From contig CAJFCJ010000007.1 in assembly GCA_904063045.1 (NCBI GenBank), positions 1,632,873 to 1,696,872 on the forward strand: 64,000 nucleotides of DNA, written 5' to 3'. Positions 52,600 through 64,000 of this stretch are shown piece after piece. Each line of letters opens with the position of its first letter. Within the stretch, counting starts at the first letter, position 1. Made by a program: the position numbers and the translations under genes. The notes beneath the pieces were generated by a model. That model saw only the letters and a program-made list of their open reading frames with translations. It ran no database searches and was not told the DNA's origin. The DNA is from Dimorphilus gyrociliatus (lineage: Eukaryota; Animalia; Annelida).

Positions 52600-55500
52600 A
52601 CGCTTTCCATCTTACTTTTGATTCTGCTGTGTATGATATTTCCCTTTATCTTTCTCATATGGTTTGCACAAACATTCATGCATACAGAATATGATTTAAA
52701 GTTGTTTTTATTTCCTTGACAACCAAAATATACAAAGTGACTGCATTGATCTGCAGTGGCATTGTAGAACCAACGAGTATGGGCAGCCATACATTCACCA
52801 GAATCGCTGGGCTTCGAACAAATATCTGCGGAAATAAAATTATGAGACCTGATAGTTCAACTAGTTAATCTAACTTGTTAAATTCTCCATTTTTATGGCC
52901 TTTTCACAGTCCGTATACTTTGCCTGGCATTTAACAGTTTCGGAAACATCTTTTGTGCAAAAACGTGCAGCAGTCGAATTTATATAAGACCTTTTCCGTC
53001 TCTTAACACCGTAACCGCACGATACAGAGCAAGGGCTCCACTCAGACCAAGGCCATGTAGCACAGGGATCATTAAAATCTCCACAATATCCTTTTGCTGC
53101 TCTACAGCTTTCAACTTTTCTCAAAGATATACCGCAATAGGTTTCATTGGCGTCTTTGTTTATAAAATGTCGAGTCTTGTAACGAATACCTTTTTCACAG
53201 GTCGCACTACAAACGCTCCAGGGTCCGAATTCTGTTAGAGCACAAAAACTTTTCAACATAGACAGTTTTTCTCTTTCCATAGCTGTCATTTTGATATATT
53301 GATTGAAAGGTAACACATCCTCTTCATGAGCAGGACTTTTTTCATCCTCATCTTTCCCAAAATCAAGAGATGGAAAATTTTCATCAAGCTCATTCTCTCC
53401 ATTACAAAGTTTTATATCGGTATCATATTTTGGTTGTAGGCGTTTGATTATCAGTTTTGCTACCGGTTTGATAGGTCTTGATTGATACCATGGAGAATAT
53501 TTACTATTTGGCCAAGAATTGTCTATGGCTCGTATTTTTTGTCGAGGATTACTTTCTTTGTTTCTACTTTTATATGTTATGCCATCATCAGTTCCAGCAT
53601 CCCAAGGATACAGATCAATAATTTTACGCTTTATCCAAGTACAATTGTCACATAAGTTTAAATTAGATATCCCTGCACACCAATCAGGCGAGGGACCCAG
53701 CATTGTTAGAAAAGAAAGATAGTGGCGTTTTCTGTCAACGCTAAAGTATGCCCATCTGTAAAACATTTAACGGTTAAATTTTGTAAAAGTAATAATTTTA
53801 ATTAAAATCTTATTTATATTCCAAATACATTACTTTTTCTGTAATAATTTTGTTCTTCTATGCCAAGATATGCCTCTTGTCTTAACAACTGTTCTAATAA
53901 ATCTTGAATTTCTTCGCATTTCGCTCTCAAGCTTTTGAGTGTGAGCATATTCGCACACACTCTGAACTGCATCACTAGCGTATTCTCCATATTTCCATAT
54001 GGAATAGTCCCTACTATGTGATGCTCCAGTAATGGGGGACCAGTGTGCAAATGCGAGTGCTGTAAAAAAAAGAAAATTGCAAAAAATGCAAGAGTAACTG
54101 AATAACCCTTCAAGTCAGAGTTCCTCCTCATCAACTATATTGACTAAATAGGCCAAAGTTAGATAGTCGCCTAAGGGTTTGTTCATTTACTTGATGGCAT
54201 TATGTCCCATCAACTGCTGTATAGCAGTCTGTGTATGTACGTAGATTTTAATGCCACTGATCGATTTATTTTTTCATATGAATAATTCACTCTTAATTGT
54301 GCTTTGGCATAAGTAGAAATTTTTATCCTTTTCATTTTGCGAAAGTGAAATTAACCAACTTTTAAACAGCTTGCCCTTATCGAAAATGTACTTTATCTAA
54401 TCGATGATAGGTGATATCAAGAAAAAAAATATGCCGATAGCAAGAAATCGCAGTTTCATATGAAGCTCATGAAGCAATTTAAAAGCGACTATGACTGTCC
54501 CGGCGGGCATTGTCCGATTCTCAATTACGATAAGAGAAGAATAAATAAGAAAACACGCGTCTGCGTTTATTTTCTTAACGGGCATGAGGGATGGTTGGAA
54601 GTTTTTTTATGATGAAAAGAGTTTTTACTATACTTTTCCGCGACAAGGACTTGTAATGGAATTACTAGATGAAATAGGTCGTTCTTTGCTTCAGGCAATT
54701 TACATTTACAATCGCTGTAAAGATATATTAAGAGAGAAAAATGGTAGGAAAAGGTAGAAGAGGTTGAGGTATAAAGGTCGACCATACGATATTGATTACA
54801 TTATCGTTGGTAATAGATAATGGAGTTTGGTGTTGCTCAGCGTAACCGATAACTGTGTGTGTTTGTTCTGGCAAACAGGTGTGTTTGTCGCAGGGCTCGT
54901 TCGACTTGCATCTATAATCGATCGTCGATTACTCACAAAATGGTATTTACACAGATAGTGAGCCAATCTCTCACATTCGGTGAGAGATTTTACGCGGTGG
55001 GGGAAATAATGCCAACTTACGAGTGGGAAATTGCTTGGGAAATGTTTCCTTCGTCCATAAACCTTCGAATTTCATCCGATATTTTGCAGATCCACAAGGG
55101 CAGCAGTTTTTCGGAGGTGAAACATTACGTTTCACTTTTTCTGTAGTATTTAAAAATATTAACTGTCTTTTAAATTCTGGTGATTTTACCTTTCATTTCG
55201 CAGAGTTTTTTTGTCAAGGCGCCGTCATCTTTGTACCAGATGTCGTTGTATGAAATGACAGTTGCCCTGGAAAAAAGATTCCCTGTGATTTTTTTTATTA
55301 ATTTTCTGGATTAAATAGCCGTTTAACCCTCACATGCGAACTAGGGATAAGAGATGCAATTACGCTAATGTTACTGTCAACAGCCCTATTTCAACCATGT
55401 AAAATCGGCAAAGAGCCGAGTCACGTTCGTTGCTGTTTGACTGCATTAAGCGCTAATCCGCACGAGTTTTAGCAGATTAACTCGCTAACCTTGCTTATGG

Positions 55501-58500
55501 TATATGTTTATATAGAAATATGTTGCGTTACAGGTAAAAAAAAACAGTTTATATTCTCTTGGGTCTTTGGTTTTCAACCAAATAAAGCAGCTAAATTAAA
55601 AACGACAGTCGAATGCAATGTGAAGATCAATTTTCGGGAGTGAGTTAGCAGTTTGTCCGTTTTAAAGGTTAGTCGGAAAATAAACATCTAGGAATAACTA
55701 AACTGTTTGTACACTCTTTTCTCTCGAATTAATCATCAATCCATGTTTGATTTATATCTTCTAACAAATATAATGAATATATAATACATTTCAAGTACGG
55801 ACATAATGATATGCGAATTAAGTTCATTCCGGCAAGTAATCAACTATCGATTCATACGATCAGGTTATTTATGGTATATGAATACTCTCATTTCAAAACA
55901 AAGACTTGATTCATTGTTCCTTTTCGTCGAAAACTATCAAATGACATAAGTAAAAAGATTTTGTGTACTTAAACGAAAAGTATAATAAATGACTTTGAAA
56001 AGTTTCTACCACAAGAGCATATATTTCTACCTAACCTTTTCAAGCACGTGCAGTAAACCAGTCTGTAATGACTGCCGACTTTCCCTCTACCCTTTAGTGA
56101 GGCTATTTATTCATTGTTGTAAAACTTTACCATGATTTATACTTATAAAAACTAATACTTGTTTCCGATCATATGACCGTATAATAACACAGTTACAACA
56201 TGGAAACAAACCTGAATTCCACGCATCCTGCTCCACTGACAGGCGCCGTCCAGACTAGTTGAGTATCCCTCTTCTTATGGCTATAGCTATGCGTGAGCAC
56301 ATATGGGCACATTGAAGCTTTTTTTGAATCATTATCCATAGGCTATATAGGAAAAAAATAGGGAAAAGACGATGAAAAAAGTAATAAAAGGACAAAGAAA
56401 GTTAAAAAAGGCGTGTGAGTCGCATAATCGACGCCCTCAAGCAGGAAAAAACTGTCTGTAGGCGGCTAATTGGTGCACGATTATGTGGCTAAAGGAGAGA
56501 GAAAATGGGACAGTAGAATTAGCGATTAAATTACGAAGAAAAAACGTCTTTTGACGTGTGCCAAAAATTTAGTTCGCTTCGTTAACCTTTACGGAGAGAT
56601 TTTTTAGCTTTTTGTTCGCCTAACCGAATCTGACGGACTGTACCAACTGCAAATACTGCGGGCATTAGCGCCACGGCTGCACTTCGTCTGCATAGACTGG
56701 AGCGAATTATGAAACGCATCGCAATCACTCAACTGCTCGTCTATAATGTATACAGTATAGTAGACAAGCGAATCGCTTCCATAAAACTAAGCAAAAACTT
56801 TATCCTTAACTAGGGACGAGCAGGTGTCTATTGAAAACTCTAATGTCACTGGCTGCAACCCTACGACCTGTAAAAGCTCTTTAACAAAAGAGCTAGACTA
56901 TCGAATGTCGCCCTATTCCCGTGTATTATTAAAGTATGCATTACCCGCACCTTTTTTTGACTATGCTGATGGACCACACAAAAATTCCTTTCGTTGAAAT
57001 AAGTATTTAACTTCTCTGAGTCAGACTTAAAAATCAGGCAAAAAACTAGAGAATTTTCGTTTTTCATACTCATCTACCTGATGAAAAAATTCGCAAGAAT
57101 CACGATATAATCAGTATTTGTTTGTTTTAGGTCACAGCGCAGCTAATCGAACAGGATATACAGAGCGTATACGAACCGTATACTATTTCAACATTGGCTA
57201 ATCGAAGTATATACGGTTTGAATAATATGAATGGTATCGAGTTACGAAGCCGTATATTATTTGTTATACTAGGGAAAAACCATAGAACTGAAATTTTCGT
57301 GATGTATATGCAACCTAACTAAAACCAGATAGGCTAATAAGCTCGGACCCTATTAAACCAAATAAATAGGGTGGAAAAAAAACAAGGAGATCCCTTATCC
57401 AAAAGCAAACTTCAATTTCTGACAGGGTTATCGACACCATCGGTCAAGCGTATCGGTTGTGATAACAGAAGAGACCGTGATAGTAAGATTTAGAAAATTT
57501 TCTTATAGAGCTAAAGAACAAGACAATTTCTTTTCTTTACTTAACTATATTTGTATAAGCATCAAAGCGTCGACAAGCAGCTGGGCAAGCGCAGTTAACG
57601 ACCCCCCAATTAATCTACTCACGCCCCAAGAAGTTCTGATGAAGCCGAACGTGGTGGGGGAGGGTGTGAGCCGATAGTGATTCGAGATAACGCTTATCAA
57701 CCGTCTGTCATTAGGCGCAAATGTTCGACACTCAATATGTTTCTTCTGATAACAGAATAAGCAAACCAACGTCTTCTTAATATACACGCAAAACTCATTA
57801 GCGCCCCCATCATTTCCCGTTAAACAAAGACAAACAAATAAGAGTGTTTTACTAGCATTATCCAACCAAAAAATGTTTTATCTCTCATTTTGTTATAATG
57901 CTTTATTTTTGTTACTTTCTTTAGTGCCCCGATATTGAAGGATCAACGAACGTGATGAGGCATTCCCTTATTAGCTTTCACAATTGGTGAGCCGCCAGCA
58001 GATGTGGCATTGTAAGGCGATCTCTTCCTGGATCTGTAGCTCTGTGTAAGGCGGCAGCTGTTCATTTTTGCTGCGTTAAGCAGCTAGTGACGTCCAATTC
58101 ATATGTGCGCACCTGGAGTGAACTGTTCAAATTCTATCTTAGCCCGCATATATTTTCTTTTGTGTATATTTCGAGGCCGCCGCCCCTTGCAAATTGCTTT
58201 TCTATAAAAACCGTCCGGTATTCCGTTACAAACGCGTATACCGTCAATCCATTATCAGATTTATGACTCATCAAAAACTCTTCATTTAATACCTCTAAAA
58301 AGCAACAATTGACACGTTCGCTGCAGTTAACTAGCGTACAGTACAAAGGTAACTAAGTGTAGAAGTAGAGTTAAAGAAGCGATTTTAGGTACACTAACTG
58401 TAGAATTAGAATTAGTCATAAAATAGAGGAAGAGTCGAGAGAAAGGTATCCTCTAACAAATTAGTATGAAAAATATATTGTGTCTTGTAACAATAGCATC

Positions 58501-61500
58501 TTCGGCGTAGTACCATTAGAGTTAATAATCTAACACTTTGTATAAAGCCTTATGAGCCTACCATGTTGTAATGATATACCTAAGATGCTATCGCTATGTA
58601 AAGCTTTAGGTAGTATATAACAAAGAGAAGAATAGTAGTGCATTCTTCAGGCAAGAACGATTATTAGGCTTGATTGATTAGAAGTGTCTTTCAATATTTT
58701 TTGCTCTTAGTTCTGGAGTAATCGTCGGCTGTTGAACAACTCAACAGCTAAATGATTTTCTTTTAATCCTCTACAACCTAAGACGCACTTTTCTTCCCAT
58801 ATGGATATAGCAGCTGTGCAAGGCATGCGTTCAAATCCCCAACATCTAAGTATACGGTTTAATGAATCTATTGGGTCGAACGCCCTATTTCAAAGCGACA
58901 AGGCAACCGACAAGATAAAAGTGTAATTTATAATAACTCTGTTGACACGACTACAAAGAGTCACTACCTTCCTTTACTCGAGCAGAACCGTTCAAATTTT
59001 CCCTTTTCATAATTCATCTCTGTATACAAAGAGCTGAATACGTTGGCCACAAATACTATCCTAGTTAAAGAAAATATTACAAATGCCAGGTCTCCTCGGT
59101 GAACTAAAGAAACGCCGCCTAGGGTGTGGTCACACGTGTCGTCTTTTTTTTTGGTAGATTATTATTTGTTTTTCAAAAACAAAAAGTTCATTTTGCCTTT
59201 TACAAAACATCACATGCCAAATGCATATGAAAGGAAACACGTTGCCATGATCGACAAACAACGGGTGTGACAAACTGGTTGTTTCCCACGATTCCACAAT
59301 ATTAGTCTCTTATAACTCAAATCTTTTCAGTAAAATACTTATGAAGTAGCCGCATGACAGATTTACATACAAAGTGGTATGCAAGTAGGTTGAGTCTGCT
59401 GAATAAATACATTCTATTATACGATTCGACAATCAGTTGAATATGGTAGCGTAAAAACTTATCGGTGACTAAATGACGTTGGAGCGTAATGTTATGAAGT
59501 ACGAAAATGTTGCCCTATGGGTGTGGTGCAGCTGGCAAAGTTCTTTAAGACACAACTGTTAACTTTCTCACACATGAATATAGCAAATAATCAACAACAA
59601 CTACATAGCTGGAAACATTGTGAAAAGATTTTGGGGGAAATTATTATAATCATAGCTGGTTCCATAGTAGTCCAAACAACAAAGAAACTATGATTAGAAG
59701 CTAGAGTTGAATACCCCAGATCAATCCGCGTCGTTGAATTCGTTTTTCACTAATCATTTTTAGTTTTGGCGGTTATGTTCCATTGCCGGTTGGAGACAAA
59801 AAAAGACTGTTTTATCACTAACAAGTACACTTAACGTTTAAAAAGATATCGCAGTTTCTAAGATCTGAAATAATCGGCGATAGGGAATTCTTACCTAATA
59901 CTTAAACAGTATTCTTTGTTAATGGCCAAATAGACTGTTTTATACATGCAGTATTGAGCTAGGGGTTAACTATCCTTAAACTGAATAGCACTCAGTCATA
60001 TTAATCTTTTTTAATTTCGCATTTAAGAGCTAGATCTCACAAAAATTGTGCAATATTTGTCCACTATTTTCGAATTAAATATTTAGATGATCCTGACTTT
60101 TATTACATTGTTAAATACAGATTAAAATTTCAACTTACCAGGAATTCTCCCATATCGGTCGTCTCGTCTACAGCATTTTCAGGTACAGCTACCATCATGA
60201 AGCCTTCAAATTTCTGATCTGGGTATGTTCCGCTGATGCTTACTGAAAACATACAAGGCAACATTAACCAAATGTACACAAAATACTCCCTGCACCTAGA
60301 AAAAAATGGGGTCAGGTTCAGTCTAGGGTTGCGTAAGAGTGTTTACAGGTTTCAAAACGGTTCACTAGCGCTCAAAGTCAAATTTTTAATGAGGATTAAC
60401 TTTTCTTATGTGTATATTGAAATAAGTCTGGCCATGATATATTTACGCTCGTCGTAGTATCCCACCGCGTTGAATAAATACATCGTTACAAACGAATCCT
60501 CAAAAGTGCTTTTGCTGAAAAAAAAACTCGATCCAAGCTACTTTGATTTATCTGCACAATCTGAGGTCATAGGGTCAAAGGAACATTAGAGAACTGGCGG
60601 TCTGAAATCTAATCGAAATGGACACAATAGAATGGTAAGAAACTTTCTGGCTCTTTCATCTATGTATAAACACATGTATGGCCCCTTGAAAGTGTACATT
60701 TGTAAGGTCTAAATTACACACTCTATATTTAAAGAAAGTTTCGCGGTGAATATGAGTTGCTTGGAGCGTTCTTGCGTGAAGCGAGATTAAAGGTCGCATT
60801 TGTTCATTTTGTACCACCAAAACAAACTAGAGCGAATATAATTATATAACTGTAGTAATGAAGCTATTCAAGCAGTACTAGTCTTACGCTACATGAAACT
60901 AGCAGAACGATTACTTAACGAACGTCACTTACGTCATTGAGTAATTATAAGCATAGTTCAATGGGTTTTTATGTGTAAATAAATCCTCAAAAGTATCTAC
61001 AAATGAAGCGGATTGCTTAACTCAGAAGTTGGCTTTTTCACTTTAAATGTCCTAAGTACAAACGTCAACAGATTTGAACAGACGAAATTTGATATTACTG
61101 CCCTTTACCTACTTATGGGGCGTATTCCAATTTTATTGTTTATAAACAGGTAAATTTTCAAACGTACCCCTTCTTTGATATATGACTTGTAGTCTGAGGT
61201 AATATTCTCGATCTTTTTTTAAATTAAATTTTATAGAGGATTGATCACCAGCAGGCAAATACAAAATTTTCAAGCTACCTAAATAACTAGCCCTATAGTA
61301 AAATTTTCTAATGGAGCAGCAATGTTCATACAATGCCTATTTCGATTCTTAAGAAGAGTAGTCTTTGTGAACACACAAGTGAATGCAGATGTGTCACATT
61401 GACTGATTGGTATTCAATCAAGAATCCTAATAGGAGCACAATGAATACAGTTCATAACCCCAAGCTTAGATGGAATCAAAATTATTGAATATATATACAC

Positions 61501-62962
61501 GAAACAATAGCGAGTGAGAAACGGTTTTTGTCTGAAATATGTCAAAGTTTTCATTGGTAGATATTATGAAAGAATAACAAACAACCATGAATTTCCGTAT
61601 GTAGTCGAACACATGAATATAATTTTTGTAGCGGGGAAAAAGAAGCTAAACGATTATGTCGTAGAAATTATTCTTTTATGGCACATAGCTAACAATAAAG
61701 ACAATAGTTAAATCTGTTGCAAAACACCTATTAAAATTAAACTTGAGAAGATAAAAAGACGCAATAAATCTACTAAATTTGTATTTATGTCTCTGCTAGT
61801 TTTAATCGAAAAATCCTGTAAGGAATATGAATTCTTTAGGTGAAAAGAAAGAGAAAGGAGCTTTTGTTAACAAAAAACGTAAAAGCACACTCTCAAGCTT
61901 TGGCAAACACATTTGCATAAAATTGTTTGCTCTCTTTCAATTACAATCTAAATCAAACTTTGATTTCAAACCGACTACGACTATTAAATAAAACCCACCG
62001 ACTATCCATCATCAATATAATTAAGATAAGCATTAAATATTTCCAGATTAGAAAAGGTTCTGTTTACCCGCCGGATTCAACTCGATTTCCGGTAAAGTTA
62101 ACGAAAGAAAAATAGACTTTTAGCCCGAGGGTAAATTGAATTCTACTTAAGCACCCTAGCTACATAAGCGTTTGGCTATGCATTGCTCGACAGAAAATAT
62201 GCAAACTCGGGGATAAGATTAATGTCGTTCTTCAAACCTTATAAAACGCAACATCGAAATACAGTATATATGTTTATAAAAAGTTTAATAGCTTAAGCCT
62301 CTCTTACCACCTAGCATAATTAAGCACAGCAAGTAACGTCCCGTGACTGACTTGCGACGCAGGGGATTTAGTGTCCAAAATTGAAAGAAGCGTCATAATT
62401 GAAAAGGTAATTATCGGCCGAATGATTTTGTAGTTATTTTACTTTTTGGACCATTTGCAATTTGCATACTGAAGCTGCCTGAGGGCTTTAGGCATTAATC
62501 AGATAGCGTCTAAAGACGATCGGTTAAGAGGCATGGTCGCAATGGGTGGTTGGCGGTGTAAGTTTTAACGTTGTTGCATTAACAAATTCTTTCACATAAA
62601 CCAACATAATTTATAATCAGTTGCATATAAAAATTATAACGTGACTGTGTTACTTCATGCCTAAATCGTTCAATTAAAAGAATCAGCAAAAGATGTGACA
62701 TACGTTAAAACTCGACAACAAATGTGTCATTACGAATGCAATTGTTATAATCGAGCGTTATATGTGCTTCATAATACTAACCAGTATAATCTTTATTAGC
62801 CTCGTATCCATCTGGAGATCCAGCTATTCTTATCTGAAATCCATTATCACCAGGTCGCTTTTTAGCAGTTGTCTCTGGCTGTCTGAGGCATACTCTTTCT
62901 AACTCATCCACTCCTTCAACTCTCACAAAAAGAAGCATAAAAAAAATTTGTAGATATTCCAT
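52196..62962 (-). CDS. SPON1: F-spondin (Reeler, Spondin_N, TSR repeats, Kunitz). Exons include 62962-62782, 60243-60139, 56342-56212, 55268-55191, about 55140-55020, about 54060-53835, about 53760-52870, a Kunitz exon and a last TSR exon ending at 52196
   Basis: Signal peptide, then Reeler (KFEGFMMVA, WTAPVSGAGCVEFR, DGALTKKLC), Spondin_N (CCPCGSAKYRMKFEGLW, HWSPITGASH, SPDW, LYPWDAGTDDG), TSR WSxWS repeats and Kunitz (FYN...C..FVYFGCQGNKNNF). Splice phases were checked for the first five exons. Confidence 0.93.
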
Positions 62963-64000
62963 GGTTTTAGTTAAAATAATTCTTCAAGCAGTCAAGTCTT
63001 GAAGAAAGGAAGATTATTCGGCTTCAAATATATTTAAACATCCAATTGCAGACGAGTGACTTATCGGGAAATTTAAGTTTCAATGCAGTACAGAGCTTAT
63101 ATATTCATAAAAACATCTATATTGCATTTGTTAACAAACTTAAAATTAAGTATATCTATTTAGAGATGTAACACAAATATACGATATATTTTGCCGACCA
63201 ATGCCGAAGAGAAACTGAATACAGTTGAGTATTTCACGAATGTTGATTGGTTGTTTCAAATCAACTTAGCGCCATCTGTATTCATGAGACTATCTGAACT
63301 AGAGGCGAAATCTATATCAAATATTGTTTGTTCTTTATTTGCAGAAGCGACCAATCAACTCATTTTATGGTTGACTTGATGTTGGCTAATAACATCACTA
63401 CAAACCAGCAACTCAATTTATGCTGTTGACGGATTGCTGGAAAGGGACCATTTCAATAGTTAGGTTGACAAGATAAATACTGTCTGGGGTTTGCCGGCAA
63501 ACAACTCTGTAAACTCTTGTGTATGGCTATCGCACGGAGAAAGCACTATGGCACATGGGACTTGGGGTTTAAAAAGCTTTGTAATTTCCACCCTGTAGCA
63601 ATTGTAAACACTATAGCTGCAATCCGATTATAAGACTGAATCTTACATATTGAAGTATTTCATTACGTCACGTGATCACAAATATAGTAAACGAAGAGAG
63701 GGAAGGAAAATCAACAATTATGAATCATGGACAGTTACAGCTAGAGCTCTATGGCGTACATGCCTATTTGTGCGTGAGATTAGCTGCAACAATACGCTGG
63801 AAAAGTCATACTCGGCACAAAAGGCAATACATGATTTGCCTTTTTTTTTATAATATAAGCTTGAGCGAAAACTTTAGTCTCCAGTGATCGTCAGTTGTTT
63901 AAAGACAAATATCTAAAAATATAAGCTATCTATTTATCGGTTAGAATAAAACAGCCTTTACAATATTCTCTTATTTCGTCCAAAGTTTCGAAAGCCACAG

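Noticed and set aside
52575-52790. Kunitz domain inside F-spondin as a possibly novel fusion
   Set aside because: Invertebrate F-spondins are already known to carry a Kunitz module among the TSRs.
57970-57990. Partial reverse-complement similarity to the bantam microRNA (ATTGTGAAAGCT)
   Set aside because: The seed region does not match and no precursor hairpin is evident.
58826-58842. GTTCAAATCC B-box-like motif
   Set aside because: No A-box at a suitable distance and no cloverleaf; an isolated short match.

Overview
This is eukaryotic, AT-rich animal genomic DNA from a very compact bilaterian invertebrate. It uses the standard code and GT-AG introns mostly about 50-70 nt long. It carries an insulin-like peptide, a PRDM gene, a Kunitz-containing F-spondin and a raw-like gene. 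A miniature annelid such as Dimorphilus would fit, but the species is only a guess. Positions 1-43.7 kb hold about 21 tightly packed genes: MEX3-like KH protein, OSER1, raw-like, an ER-anchored Lys-rich protein, claudin-like, ZNF507, GTPBP10, ZFAND1, insulin-like peptide, IphP-type phosphatase, MFSD9, SRP14, CHDH, BORA-like, EIF2S2 plus a divergent tandem paralog, NDRG, HEMK1, CHSY1, SLCO, KATNA1, RABL2 and a PRDM. Positions 43.8-64 kb are gene-poor and look regulatory: a dense RCAGGTGY E-box cluster, an orphan degron-rich ORF, and F-spondin with kb-sized introns. The best leads are (1) duplicated, probably mutually exclusive exons that swap TM4-6 of MFSD9, (2) an intact but highly diverged eIF2-beta paralog, (3) the E-box cluster with its orphan ORF, and (4) a G-U-supported hairpin that masks the 5' splice site of the MEX3-like leader. 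I found no CRISPR array, tRNA, rRNA or recognisable transposase. Exon structures were assembled by hand and gene names come from remembered family motifs, not database searches.
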